From NCBI GenBank assembly GCA_004764695.1, contig SMSO01000007.1:248001-312000 (forward strand): DNA of 64,000 nucleotides, in the 5' to 3' direction. Positions 44,711-56,432 of this stretch are shown here, piece by piece; the stretch's first letter is position 1; every line of letters starts with the position of its first letter. Under the pieces are notes generated by a model. The model did not search any database. It saw only the letters and a list, made by a program, of their open reading frames with translations, and had not been told where the DNA came from. Source of the stretch: Schizochytrium sp. TIO01. Lineage: Eukaryota; Protista; Bigyra: Labyrinthulomycetes. Made by a program: the position numbers and the translations under genes.

Positions 44711-47371
44711 ATGGAAAGCCAAGAGAAGGACGGATCACCTCTCCCTGCTGGCGCGCCTTCGCCTGGGAAGTGGAAACGAAGCAACACAATGTCGGCGACT
44801 ATCCGAAGGGCGAGTGTCAGTATTGAGCAGACTATTGAAGGAGGCCTTGCAAACATGATGCGCCGACTTTCTACGGATGCTGCAGCTGAGGAGCATGTCA
44901 AAGTTGTCTTTGATGGTTACTCTACTTATCGGCACTTTGAGTTTCCGGATATTACACCTCTCAAACTTCGAGCGATGACCACATTGGAAAGCTTTGACAC
45001 TCGACAGGCAAGACGTCTCAAACTACTCCATAAATTTCTCATTTCACATCGTAGCAAGTGGCGAACGAGCGTAATTAAACTTTCCTTTGTCGCATCTTTT
45101 TATGCAGCAAACTCTACGCCTGCTTTTGTTGCCTTTGGGTATGAAATGTACCCAGTATTTTTCATTCTTCAGATGCTCGTATATGCTGTATTTTGGCTTG
45201 ATATTTTCTGTGAATTTAATTCGACGTATCAGGCTCAGAACGGTCATGATATATCCGACCATATTAGCATTGCAGAGCAGTACATCCGAACTTGGTTTGT
45301 GATTGACTTCTTGGCAGCCTTACCATTTCACGTTTATCAATCATCGGAACGTTTAGAAAACAACTTCAAGCTCGAGTGGGACCTAACAAACCGCATGGAC
45401 AAACACCCGTTAGAGTTTAGGTCGGCCCTCCAGCTTGTCATTGTCTTTGCTAAATTCCTTCGGGAGGCAATTCGTATGCGAAAAGTTGGGTTCTCAAGCA
45501 CGAGGTACGCGACAATAGTTCATGGCTTGTCCTATGCAGCATATTTGTTAACATTAATTCAAATCCTCACAGCAATCCTTTTTGTAGTTTGCCAGACTGA
45601 AAACTCTGTGTTTTTTGCCAAGGCTATGATTGGTGAGCTTGATACAATGGTAGCTGAACAGGGAACAGATGTCTCCAACGCATATCTGATGCGATACATT
45701 GTATTCCTACACTATGCTACAGTATATATTCTTGGCAAAGGCGAACCAACATGCACCGCGGAGCGTATCTTTGCAATTTCTACTAACGTGCTTGGCTTGT
45801 TTTTCACTGCCACAGTTGTTGGTCAAGTCACACATATAATTCATCAAGCTAATGCAAAGGTTTCGAAATGGCGTGCGAAAATGGAAGAGGTTGATGACTC
45901 AATGTTGCAGATGGGTTTAAGTCCTGACTTACAGAACCGGATCCGAAATTACTATGCGTTCTCATGGGCAGTGAACGGTGGTGAGGACAAAAATTTTCGT
46001 TGGCTACAAGATTTAAGCAAGGGTTATCATGAAGCAGCAGCAATTCAAATGAATGAAAACCTGATTGCCTCTGTGCCAATCTTCCGAGTCGCTGACAGAG
46101 CTTTTGTGCATGCTATCATCATGAAACTTCAACAACAGCTCTACTTACCTGGTGACTACATAATTAAACATGGAGATATCGGTAACGAGATGTACTTTGT
46201 TGTCAAAGGTACAGTTCAAGCGATGGATAAAGAGGAGACTGTTATATACACAACGCTCTCAGAAGGGTCCTTCTTCGGTGAAATCGCTCTCTTGAAGAAA
46301 AATTCAAGGCGAACTGCTACTGTAAGATCCTTTACCTACGCTCAACTTAACGTCCTTTATAAAGCTGATTTTGAGGAAATCTTAGTCAATTTCCCAAAAG
46401 ACGCAGCGCTTTTAGAGGCTGAGGCACGTCAACGTGAGCAAAAGTCTGACGCTATGGCCAAGATCAAAGAAAAGCGTATGCAAAGCCAGAGTAGCCAGTC
46501 ACGCTCTCACGGAGATTCGCTTCTTTACACTGTTATCCCGGAAAGCGAGGGAGAGGCAGAAGATGATGATTCTGACAGTGCACGTGGGCATGCCAAAAAT
46601 TCTTCATTTAGAAAAATACACCCGAAACAGGAAAAAGGCACTAAGAGTTCTGCCGATACAGCCCACCATGCGCAAGAAAATTCATCTGTCCCTGCCACCC
46701 CTACTCCCAGTGGTGGCATAGTGTTTGGAACTAGTTCTATTCTTGCAACGGGGGACTCACCTCAACGGTTATCATTTGGAGGGGCTGTGCATAGTGCTAG
46801 GTTCTCAAAGAAGAGCGGCAGAAGCTATCAGGTTTCTCCTGATATGAGCGCTGGAGACGGCCAAGGGCATAATACAATCTTTAACCTAGACGCAGATGGT
46901 GAGATTGACCTCTGCTATTCTCAGCTAAAGAAAGCGTCTACATCTGAACTGCGCTCAGACGAAATATTGCAAATGCTTTCTATCCTCACACAGCATTTGC
47001 AAGCATCTGAAAGCTTGCCTAAAATCAAAACGCGACGAATCTCAATGCTCGTAAACGAATTAAATCATGGGCTGGAACAGTGCGAATCTGCTCAGACAGC
47101 ATCAACTTTAGACACAGATGATACAGAGACTCAACTCGATCTTGCTGAAGCTAGCGAAGAGGTACAGTCCACCCGAAAAGAGGTCCCTCCTCTTGACCTA
47201 TCTCTTACGTCGACTGAAACTGCTTCAACTAGTAGTAAACATTTGCAAACCGCAGAGACTGGAGGTGCGGTCGAAACAAGTACCCAGGAGGCAGCTGCAA
47301 CTGACCAGAGGTCTTCTAGGAAAACTAACGATTCAGTTGTCAATACCCTAGATTCAAAGCCTTCAGAATGA
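44711..47371 (+). CDS. Cyclic-nucleotide-binding-domain cation channel (KCNH/HCN/CNG superfamily)
   Basis: 886 aa; YIRTWFVIDFLAALP S3, TAERIF..LGLFFTATVVGQV S6, C-linker LQNRIRNYY, CNBD PGDYIIKHGDIGNEMYFV...GSFFGEIAL...RRTATV. Confidence 0.92.
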   Translation: MESQEKDGSPLPAGAPSPGKWKRSNTMSATIRRASVSIEQTIEGGLANMMRRLSTDAAAEEHVKVVFDGYSTYRHFEFPDITPLKLRAMTTLESFDTRQARRLKLLHKFLISHRSKWRTSVIKLSFVASFYAANSTPAFVAFGYEMYPVFFILQMLVYAVFWLDIFCEFNSTYQAQNGHDISDHISIAEQYIRTWFVIDFLAALPFHVYQSSERLENNFKLEWDLTNRMDKHPLEFRSALQLVIVFAKFLREAIRMRKVGFSSTRYATIVHGLSYAAYLLTLIQILTAILFVVCQTENSVFFAKAMIGELDTMVAEQGTDVSNAYLMRYIVFLHYATVYILGKGEPTCTAERIFAISTNVLGLFFTATVVGQVTHIIHQANAKVSKWRAKMEEVDDSMLQMGLSPDLQNRIRNYYAFSWAVNGGEDKNFRWLQDLSKGYHEAAAIQMNENLIASVPIFRVADRAFVHAIIMKLQQQLYLPGDYIIKHGDIGNEMYFVVKGTVQAMDKEETVIYTTLSEGSFFGEIALLKKNSRRTATVRSFTYAQLNVLYKADFEEILVNFPKDAALLEAEARQREQKSDAMAKIKEKRMQSQSSQSRSHGDSLLYTVIPESEGEAEDDDSDSARGHAKNSSFRKIHPKQEKGTKSSADTAHHAQENSSVPATPTPSGGIVFGTSSILATGDSPQRLSFGGAVHSARFSKKSGRSYQVSPDMSAGDGQGHNTIFNLDADGEIDLCYSQLKKASTSELRSDEILQMLSILTQHLQASESLPKIKTRRISMLVNELNHGLEQCESAQTASTLDTDDTETQLDLAEASEEVQSTRKEVPPLDLSLTSTETASTSSKHLQTAETGGAVETSTQEAAATDQRSSRKTNDSVVNTLDSKPSE

Positions 47372-48264
47372 GTAGGATGCAAGTCTAAATAGGGAGGCTA
47401 GACTATTATTCCTCTATACGCACCCACCTTTAAATACACTTCAAACTTATCACTCACCATGTTATATTTGTTTATTCCTCTTCAAAAAGTAGGCTTGCTA
47501 TAGCTGTTATTACGATTTGTTGTCTAGTAATAAGAGACATAGTCTTCCATTCAAAATTTTCTAGCTGGAGTTAGGAGCGCTTGGTCTTATTATGCCTTGC
47601 AAATACTCTTTCTTTGACTTCTTTTGCAGAACAATTTTTCTTTAAAATGCGAGTCATAGTTTGTATCTGATGGACCCAAATAACTCGTTTGCTAAGTTTA
47701 TTTCAAAGACAGTGTGGAATGTCAAGTTGCCAAGCAATCGCAACCTGAAAATGAATTTCCGTCGACAATCAGTCCATGGGGATGCATTGAACAGTATATC
47801 TAAGGATGACTCCGTCTTAAATCGAAGACAATTCAGGGGAAGATAGAAACAAGTTAATGAAAGGGCAAGACGGCAATTGCATACAAGTGAGTAAATACAA
47901 CATCGTAAGCAAGCAACAGTGAAACAAGTTCTAACCTTCCCCCTCCTACTCCCAACCCAGAGCGACTGCCCCACTACTTCGTTTGCTGTTGCTGCTGGAA
48001 AAAGAGAGAAGACAAAGAAGAAGGATTAGAGTCGATAAAAGTAAAACCATAAGATGTTTGAGAGGCATTGAGCAACTAGGCCAGTGCTCCTAGGTCATGT
48101 TTGGTTTCACACAAAGAGGGTCGATTGGAAATGGTTGGGAGCAATATTTGAAGGTTTTTTTGTAGAGTTTGGGAGTTGGGGTTAGTTCATGCAGACAAGA
48201 AAGTCCCTACTAATTGTATAGGAATAAATTGCTGGGAGGACAATAGAAAGCAAAAAATAACCTT

Positions 48265-48615
48265 TTACTTCTTGCTCTTGCGCTGGCGCTGAGCCACAAC
48301 GCGCTTCACAATCTTCTGCTCCTCGATCAAGAAGGCGCGGACGATGCGGTTGCGCACGCAGGTACCGCAGCGGGAGCCACCGTAAGCACGGGTGACGGAC
48401 TTCTGGCGGGAGGTAACCTTAGCGAGCTGCTTGGGGCGGAAAGCCTTGAGGCCGCAGAGGGTGGCCTTGCAGTCACCGCACTTAGCAATGTTGGTCTTCT
48501 TGGCGATGTACTTGGCAGCAAGGTTGCCACCAGGGGTCTTGACAGCCTCCACCCGGTTGGAGCGGGTGCGGTAGGCGTGCCGCCGGCGGTATGTGATGCG
48601 GATGTTCTTGACCAT
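48265..48615 (-). CDS. RPL34: 60S ribosomal protein L34 (eL34)
   Basis: RITYRRRHAYRTRSN..KTPGG..KCGDC..VTRAYGGSRC..CVRNRIVRAFLIEEQKIVK; strong codon bias. Confidence 0.98.
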   Translation of the reverse strand: MVKNIRITYRRRHAYRTRSNRVEAVKTPGGNLAAKYIAKKTNIAKCGDCKATLCGLKAFRPKQLAKVTSRQKSVTRAYGGSRCGTCVRNRIVRAFLIEEQKIVKRVVAQRQRKSKK

Positions 48616-48620
48616 CTTTC

Positions 48621-49440
48621 CTAGTTTTCACACGACTGTGGATGATTATTGTTTTCCATACCAGTCATTTGTATTATCATCCAGATTCCATCGTTCCACA
48701 TTTTTGTCAAGAGAGGTAGCAGCGTCATATTCCAAAGCCCATAGTCAATTCAAAACATCAACATATCAAAAATGATGATTGGTATGTGCGAATATAACAT
48801 GTCAACGAAGCACGGAATAAGGGAGGAAGAATCCACAAATGAGTCCACGAGAGAGAAAGATTCAACCAAGTAATACGGTCAGCCACGATCGCCACAAGCA
48901 AAATTTTGCGTCCACCAACAACAGCGTCACAGCCATCACCAACGATAACAAGCAAATAACATTAATCACAACACAAATCACGTCAGTCTCTAGATCCATA
49001 TACATGTCCACATCCCTTCCTCGCCTCGATACACCTCAGAAGCCACGCATCACCGTTCGCTAGCCGTCAGCCGTCTCCATATTTCTATGGTCTTGGTGTC
49101 TCATGGGTCCATGGATGCCGGCATGGGCATTCCGCATCTCACCAAGCGACGTGCCGGGGTCCGTGAGCGTAGCGTTTCATCCCTCAGGTGTCCTCCAGAG
49201 CCCACCAGGACCCTCGGAGGCGTCCGGCCAGGCCAGGGCGGCGTCTCGAGCGCCCTCCGCAGCAGCACCTACCCGCGTGCAAGGACTTGTTGTCTCTTTG
49301 TTGGCGCTCCGCCACTCTGCTCCTTCTTGCCCTAGGCGCTTAAACCTCCACTGTATACGCCTCTTTAACCTACTTTCCACTCCCTATAAAGCCCTTTCCC
49401 CCTGCCTATAACTCACTTTGCCTGCTTTACCCTACTGTAC
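48621..49440 (-). other. Probable ~0.8 kb 5'-UTR intron of RPL34
   Basis: Acceptor ...aaactag/gaaagATG at 48621; candidate donors cag/gtacag (49440) or aaa/gtgagt (49416). Confidence 0.45.
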
Positions 49441-49499
49441 CTGGCCTTTGCCACTCGCGGCGCCGCAGCCACCGAAGCAGTTCCCGCCGTTCCCCGAGA

Positions 49500-49670
49500 C
49501 CGCGAGAGCTAGGGTTAGGGCAGGGGGTCCCGGAAATCCGGGCTTAAAAATGGGTTGTGCAGAAGGGAGGGCTGGTGCAGGAAATGGGTTGCGCAGGAAG
49601 AGAGGCGGAAAAGGGTTGCGCGCGGAAGAAAGAGCGGAGGTGGTAGAGGCCTAGGTTAGAGGTTAGGAGG
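49500..49670 (-). promoter_or_regulatory. RPL34 promoter/TSS region with pyrimidine (TOP-like) tract and telo-box-like motif
   Basis: Minus-strand cttttccgcctctcttcc near 49595-49612; TAGGGTTAGGG at 49510-49520. Confidence 0.4.
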
Positions 49671-52664
49671 CAGCCAGTAGGAGTAAGAATTATTGGTAAT
49701 TGATAGATTGATAGCAGGAAGCTATCTAGTTTTAAGTTGCAAGGAGATGGCTGACTTGATCATCATCCGCACTCATCGATCTAGTACATTCATTCGTCCA
49801 TGAAGCATGAAGCATGATTCATGATGGGCTACTATGATAATTCATCATGTCAATTTGTGGGCAGCTTTGGGACGATGGCATAACAAAAAAATTGAGGCAT
49901 AAATTGTTGCAGGAAGTGGTTCATTAGGTGTGCCAGAGTTGGTAGCTGGCATCGCTTCTCCACTTGGGACTGAAGACAGCATAAGAAGAAGCTGGACAGC
50001 GCTTTTCTTTTCATGAGGTTAGCTTTAATTAAGGGAGGCTATGAGTATCTTATCACATCCTAGAGGCCTAAGTTTTAGAAGTGCGTTGTTCTGCTCCAGG
50101 TTTAGTGGCTTGCATTGGTTGCACTCATGTCATGAATATGAAAGTCGTGAGAAAGTTTGTCATGCGCGTGAACAAAACTGTTAGAATGTATTTTTTTAAA
50201 GGATGAATATGTTCCGGAGTAGAGATCAGTGCTACTGTTTTAGGTTCCAGCTCAGCTAGGAACGTTACTTTGAGGAAATGTGAATTTTAGGCCTAAATAT
50301 CTAAGGACATGATATGAGGGTTTAGCTAGAACTTTTAACTTTTCAGGGTTACTGCTTGTATTCATCTCTTTTTTAATAAACAGCAAAATTAGAAGATCCT
50401 GCATTGACTAGCAATATTAAAAACACACCATCGCCCGCTCATCGGGAAAAGTCACAGGAGTAACTAATCACCTCAAAGGCTATACTTGTATAAAAATATT
50501 CAGAAGCCCTAACGACTGAGAGGGCTTACAATACGATATGCCTAGTTCAGGTAGATTTGTTGATTTTGCGCGGAACATGCGTTGATACTGCACATGCTTT
50601 CACCTTAGCAAAACTTTAGTTACTGGGACACTTAGAACAACATTCATTGTTGTCATTAATTACTTGATGGACTTTGTCTGTACGTCCACTCAAATTACTG
50701 CAAAGATGTAAAAGCCTGTTTGTAAAAACATCATCCGGCTTGAAAGCTATGCACAGTGCGATGCAACATTCTTCTTCTTTTTTTAATAAACTTATCTAAG
50801 ACATGCTTGAATCTCAAAGGTCCAAAGATTTTTCAGCTCACGATAACAATGAAGCAACTCTCCTAAACAAACTTGAGAAGAGAATCTCTAGTCTAACTTT
50901 TCTTTCAATGAGAAATTGTATGATCTAGTGTGGCATGATGGCCACTGATCACTTCTGTTAAAGTGTGGAGAGCGTTTCTTGTTGCCTGAAGAGCTAGATT
51001 TTGGCAGACTAACAACCTATAGTTTGATCACTTTACGCCTATAACACAAGATAAACTATGCCTGTCATTGTTTCCTGGAGGCGGTAGAGCTCATGCTAAA
51101 GTTTATGAACTCAAGTAACACTTTAAATCTGTTGTGAATCTATATCAAGAAGTTGCTACGTCAAATTCCAAGCTCAAAGCCAGCATGTTGTTACTGATCC
51201 TTCAAGACAGTATATAGTAGAGATAATTCTTAATTTCGAAGAGAGAAGCTCTGGTTTAAAGACCGGCCGTCATCTTGTACAAAAGTACGCTGGTCCTTCG
51301 TATTTGCTATTGTCTGTCGGCACTACTCCCAAGAAAAGTTCGCAAATCTCCATAGGGCTAAGCACAATTATACCCTCCTTAAGAAGTTGCAGAAGGCCAT
51401 TGGCCAAGCGCACGCATTCACTGCACGTGCGAAGAGTAGTGCTGAGGCCTGCCCACTGGCTAAATCAATCAATGATCATCGATGACGACGGACTGCTATG
51501 AACCTCCTTCCTCTTCAGGTTTAGTACGAGGCAGTTCCTTTTGCCTGCCTATCACCTCAAATCGCTAAAGCATCGCCCCAAGACCTTGGGGTTCTTCAAG
51601 TTCCTCAAGTTACTGAAGAAGTTCCTCAAGTTCTTGGAGATCTTTGCAAACTTCCAGCATCGACAACAACCATAGTGCGGATAAATCAGCACAAAGTAAG
51701 TAGGTAGTCACTCTCAGAAGCACTGACTACCTTCTACTTCAATCAACAGAAGCTCAACAGCAGAGCCGCGATTCCGAAAGGTGACCGGGACTTATTCATT
51801 CATACCCAGGTATTTCAGGTACTACCCCCGTGCCTGCCTACACACTTAAGTGCATGCGCCGTACCTAGGTGAAGGAATGCAATTCGAAGAACGCAAATGT
51901 GATCTCGATATTTCAAGGTAATAGAATCAACGAACCCACAGACCTCCCGAGAATGAATCCCAACACAAACCTTGAAAGGCCTTGATCCCAGGCAGTCCGA
52001 CGAGCGACCAAAGCTTTTCCTACAGAACTTCCAATGCCAGTGGCGTGCTGGCAGCCCAAGGGCCCAAGGGCCACAACGACGACGACGACGACGTAGAGAT
52101 TACAGGGCGGGATCAGCGAAAGCTCTTTGATTGCTCGACTGAAGTTGTAATTCCTTACTTACAAACAAACAGTTAGAATTGCCGATTCTTGCCATTCACA
52201 TTCTTTGCGCTCATGGCGCCCTCCTATCCTAAACAATAGCAATGGCTAAGAGCTCTGCGCGCTCTTCTTTCTTTGGACTTACCTATGATTCCTTTCACTT
52301 CTCTGTTCCTTAACGTAGCAGTAATAGTAGTTAGGCAGGTGAATAGGCTAGTATTCTTCTCTTTTCTCTTTATCTTTTCTTTTTTTGCAATGCTGAGGGT
52401 CAGCAAGAGTTATGACAAACAGACGCACGCAACAGAACCGATACGTACGGACAATCCACCGAGGGCAGCCCCGGAGTGGATCGAGTGGGCCTCCGTGCCA
52501 CGCTTGAGCCCCCGCGGACACCCTTGAAGGCTCATACTGAGTGTAGAGCAGCTGCTGAAGCTGCAGAAGCTCCGTTCGCAGAGCCTCGTTTCTAGGATTA
52601 CCTCAGTGAAGGTGGGCGTCGAGAGCTTAAAGAACGTGCACAAGCTCAAGCCAATCGGGACATA

Positions 52665-54536
52665 ATGCTCCGCTTTTTAGGGTCCGCGGCTGTAGGAGGT
52701 GCAGGAGTAACTTTTGCATATGTCGGAGCTACTGATGAAGATGCCCGAGAAGCCGTCCGAGCAGCATCGCACAGCACAACTGGAATTGTGCGCTTCGCAA
52801 GAACCTGTACCAACGCCTTCATCACCGCCGTTGACTACTCCATTTCGTTGTATGGTAAGGACCGCGAGGTTAACTATGACGAGTATAAAACAGCACTGAA
52901 TGCTGCGAATTTGAGAGCTGCGAAACGACTCTACAAGGTGTGCAATAGTAATGGAGGTCTGTACACGAAATTTGGACAAGGTGTGTCCACCATGAACCAC
53001 GTGCTGCCAAAGGAGCTCGTAGAGACATTGGCACCACTGCATGATAAGGCGAGATCTATGAGCGAAGAAATGGCCCGCGAAGCCGTAGAGTCTGAACTAG
53101 GTGGCCTCAAGATTGAGGACGTTTTTGAATCCTTCGAGCCTCAGCCGCTGGCTGCAGCCTCGCTGGCACAGGTTCACAAAGCTGTGCTCAAGGGTTCTGG
53201 TGAGGTGGTTGCCGTGAAGGTTCAGTACCCTTATTTGAAAGATCAGACTCGAGGTGATCTTGCCACGCTTCGTATGCTCACAGACTTTGTCGGATACTGG
53301 TTTCCCAACTTTGCGTATTCCTGGCTCACCCCGGAGTTCACTGATGATATGACTTTAGAGCTCGATTTCATCCAGGAAGGTAGAAATGGAGAGAGACTTC
53401 GGGAAATGTTTTCGAACCGTGCGGATGTTTATGTGCCCAAAGTATTCTGGAAACACAGCACCCGTCGCATGCTTATTATGGAATTCATAGAGGGAACTAA
53501 GATTTCCAATGTTGACGATTTTGCTCAGCATGGCATCCATCCATTGGAAGTGGCAACTACTGTTTCGTCCATTTTTGGGGACATGATCCATGTTCACGGC
53601 TTCACACACTGTGACCCCCACCCTGGTAATCTCTTCGTTCGCAGGGCGCCAGAAAGATCGCTATGGTCTAACTTTAGTTTTCTGTCTTCGGCGACCTTGC
53701 TTGTCTCCGGTGTAGCGCTAGCTATCACAGGTGCAGGACCAGCGCTGGCTGCTCCAGTCATTGGCACCGCTGCAGCATCCTATATAGCCCCAACGCTCAC
53801 TCTAGTAGGTGGTCTGTCATCTGTGGTAAGCACATTCGGTCCAAAGAAGAAGACTTTTGGTGGTCAGAATGGTGCACCATACCAGGTTGTTGTTCTGGAC
53901 CACGGTATGTATCGGCGTCTGGATCCTGAGTTTCGCAAAAACTACTGCATGTTATGGAAGGCCTTGCTCCTGCGTGACATGAACCTTGGCCGTACTGCTG
54001 CTGAGCGTCTTGGTGTTGCAAAGGAATCGTTTGACGTTCTTTCACTTATTTTCACGTACCGTAGTTTAGATTCGACATCTCGTACTGGTGAGAAAATCAG
54101 CAAAGAAGAACGTGGTCGCTTGCGTGAAAAGTACAAGGATGTCAATGCTGGCGATATCAATAAGTTCCTCGAAAGCCTTCCACGTGACTTACTTTTTGTC
54201 ATGCGCTCAACAAATATTGTGCGTAGTATCAACCTTGGCCTTGGTGGCACGAGCCGCCTCCGTTTCCGTATCATGGGTGAGTCCGCTGTACGTGGCCTCC
54301 TTGTGCAGGAACCAACAAAGCAGCAGTACCTCAAGCGCATTCAAGAGGACCCTGAGGTTCCAGTACATGGTCCATACCGCATCAACCTCCCTGTGGCCTC
54401 GGAGATCATCAACACGGACCGCATCACTTGGCATCAGAGCTTCGAGATGTGGCGTCTCGGAACCTATTTGCAGCTCATTGATGCAACTTGGTTCTCTGCA
54501 TCCCTTCTTGCACAAATCGTACAAAAGCTCCCATAA
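52665..54536 (+). CDS. ABC1/UbiB/aarF-domain atypical kinase (ADCK1/ADCK5-like)
   Basis: 623 aa; NGGLYTKFGQ (KxGQ), AAASLAQVHKA, VAVKVQYP, ELDF..EG.N, HCDPHPGN, LDHG. Confidence 0.95.
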   Translation: MLRFLGSAAVGGAGVTFAYVGATDEDAREAVRAASHSTTGIVRFARTCTNAFITAVDYSISLYGKDREVNYDEYKTALNAANLRAAKRLYKVCNSNGGLYTKFGQGVSTMNHVLPKELVETLAPLHDKARSMSEEMAREAVESELGGLKIEDVFESFEPQPLAAASLAQVHKAVLKGSGEVVAVKVQYPYLKDQTRGDLATLRMLTDFVGYWFPNFAYSWLTPEFTDDMTLELDFIQEGRNGERLREMFSNRADVYVPKVFWKHSTRRMLIMEFIEGTKISNVDDFAQHGIHPLEVATTVSSIFGDMIHVHGFTHCDPHPGNLFVRRAPERSLWSNFSFLSSATLLVSGVALAITGAGPALAAPVIGTAAASYIAPTLTLVGGLSSVVSTFGPKKKTFGGQNGAPYQVVVLDHGMYRRLDPEFRKNYCMLWKALLLRDMNLGRTAAERLGVAKESFDVLSLIFTYRSLDSTSRTGEKISKEERGRLREKYKDVNAGDINKFLESLPRDLLFVMRSTNIVRSINLGLGGTSRLRFRIMGESAVRGLLVQEPTKQQYLKRIQEDPEVPVHGPYRINLPVASEIINTDRITWHQSFEMWRLGTYLQLIDATWFSASLLAQIVQKLP

Positions 54537-55265
54537 TTCAACGTGGGATTCATAAATCAGGTCAAGGTTTACAAAGAATCAATTATTTCAGAATGGAGCT
54601 CAAAATTAATCATTACAATTCGATGGACCAATGTAGCTAGCAGGTACGTCCTTTGCTGGGTAGTGTCAGGTCCCCTGCCTTTCTCTTGACGTTGTCAGGG
54701 CGTAGTAAATTTTTACATCATTAAATTGTTATTAGCAGTTAATGAGTCAAATCGCATCTTCCTCTTCTTTTTTCTTGTACAATCTATATTTTAGTCAAAA
54801 TACGTATATGAGCCATATGGATTCATCGTGTTCATAGAAAAGGTAGTCAAGCTGGTTTACGCCCCTAAGAAATATAAGACATACAGTACATATGAGTTTA
54901 AGAACTCTAGGAGCTCAAGGTCCTATCGTAGCTGCAGGTTGTATCCCGAGGATACTTCATCATAAGAGATTTTTGAGGTAAAGGGACTACACTAGATTAA
55001 ACTAGACCATACTATGCAAATTCTTATACGCAACATGAGAACTAATAAATATATTTGATCGCAGCTTACATTAAAAAGCATTATTTAATAACTACCACCA
55101 TAAAGTCCAATACTGCTAATCTCCCCTTTCCCCTTATACCGTTTCGCAGCCTTCTGCTTTTGAGAATGTGCCTGACATAAATACTGGCAGCGCCATACAT
55201 CAAGATGCGAATGCGAATAAGTTGAGAAGTGCTTGGTCATTCGATTCATTCATCTCCTCAGTTAA

Positions 55266-56432
55266 CTAATGGTCTTCTGTGCTGGAAGACTGTTTCGACA
55301 ACTTCTCCGGTTTCCCAGCTCCACAAAGTCTGCACCAGCACTCGCAGGGTAGTAGAATATCCGGAGCTTCCCCATCCAGTTTTTCATCATCAGCGATAAA
55401 GAGCATGCCAAGTTCAGAATGGTTTCTGAGTAACAAATTGTCTCGTTCGTACTTGCGAAGCATATTAACCTTGTCCTTCTTACGCTCATCTTTAGCTTGC
55501 CATAACGAAGACTGCAAACCCACAGCTCGTTTTTGCATCTCACGAAACCTGTCCTCAAGTGAGGTTTTATCCTCAGCCGCAATGTGGAGTCCACGCTGCA
55601 GCTGACCAACTTCTGCGGCTTGGGCCTGCAAATCCCTACGCTGCCGATCAAGCTTATCTTGAGCTGCCTCAAGGTCTCTTTGAAGCTGCAAAGATCTTGA
55701 TTTTTCTGCAACTAGCTCGCGTTGCATGCTGCTGACCCGGGCGGCTTGCTCCTCGAAGGCTCGTCGCAATGCAACCACTGCTGAGGGAGCTTCGGAAGGC
55801 CCTACCGGAGATGTCGTCATCGAAGTCAGTGAAGAAGAAGATGTCGGAAATGGCATCATATCAGAGATGTCTGAAGACGATCGTAGAGATTCAAGAGGGA
55901 GCTCTTTCATAACTTCGGAGAATGGCGGGGATCCACGCATGTAAGACTCTGGAGAAAGAGAAGAAGTTGATGTTGATGAAGGAGAATTAGGTTCAGACGA
56001 GGAAGCCTTTGGCATCTCCAAACGCGCAAAGGATGATCTTAAGAGGTCCGAGGAAGAAGATCGCTGCGAAAGGTCCAAAGGAGAGGATTGCAAGAGCTCC
56101 TGAGGGGGCATCTGCTCCGTTCGGGAAGGAGACTGGGAAGTCAGAGCTCCAGACCGTAATTGATGTGAAGAAGAAGCTACCCGAGAGGACAAAGAAGAAG
56201 AAGAAGAAGAAGAGAGCGGAATGCATTCTGCTTCTGCCGCAGTGGAAACATGAAAAGCGGCTGCAAAATGCTGAGGTCGCTGTTCCTGCGAAGAAGAAGA
56301 CGAAGAAGAAGAAATTGAAGGAAATGTCTGGAAGGTACTAGAACTATCGGGATCGGTGAGATCTTGATCATTTTCGTTTTCGGCGAAGCGGACCTGACGC
56401 ACGCCGCGAAGATTCAGGCGAAAGGGTTGCAT
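55266..56432 (-). CDS. Ser-rich coiled-coil protein of unknown function
   Basis: 388 aa; Ser/Pro-rich disordered N-half, ~110-aa heptad coiled coil, C-terminal CECWCRLC. Confidence 0.8.
   Translation of the reverse strand: MQPFRLNLRGVRQVRFAENENDQDLTDPDSSSTFQTFPSISSSSSSSSQEQRPQHFAAAFHVSTAAEAECIPLSSSSSSSLSSRVASSSHQLRSGALTSQSPSRTEQMPPQELLQSSPLDLSQRSSSSDLLRSSFARLEMPKASSSEPNSPSSTSTSSLSPESYMRGSPPFSEVMKELPLESLRSSSDISDMMPFPTSSSSLTSMTTSPVGPSEAPSAVVALRRAFEEQAARVSSMQRELVAEKSRSLQLQRDLEAAQDKLDRQRRDLQAQAAEVGQLQRGLHIAAEDKTSLEDRFREMQKRAVGLQSSLWQAKDERKKDKVNMLRKYERDNLLLRNHSELGMLFIADDEKLDGEAPDILLPCECWCRLCGAGKPEKLSKQSSSTEDH

Noticed and set aside
918-54536. Three atypical kinase-fold genes (EcKinase, Spok-like, ABC1) as a functional cluster
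   Set aside because: Different families 15-35 kb apart and separated by unrelated genes
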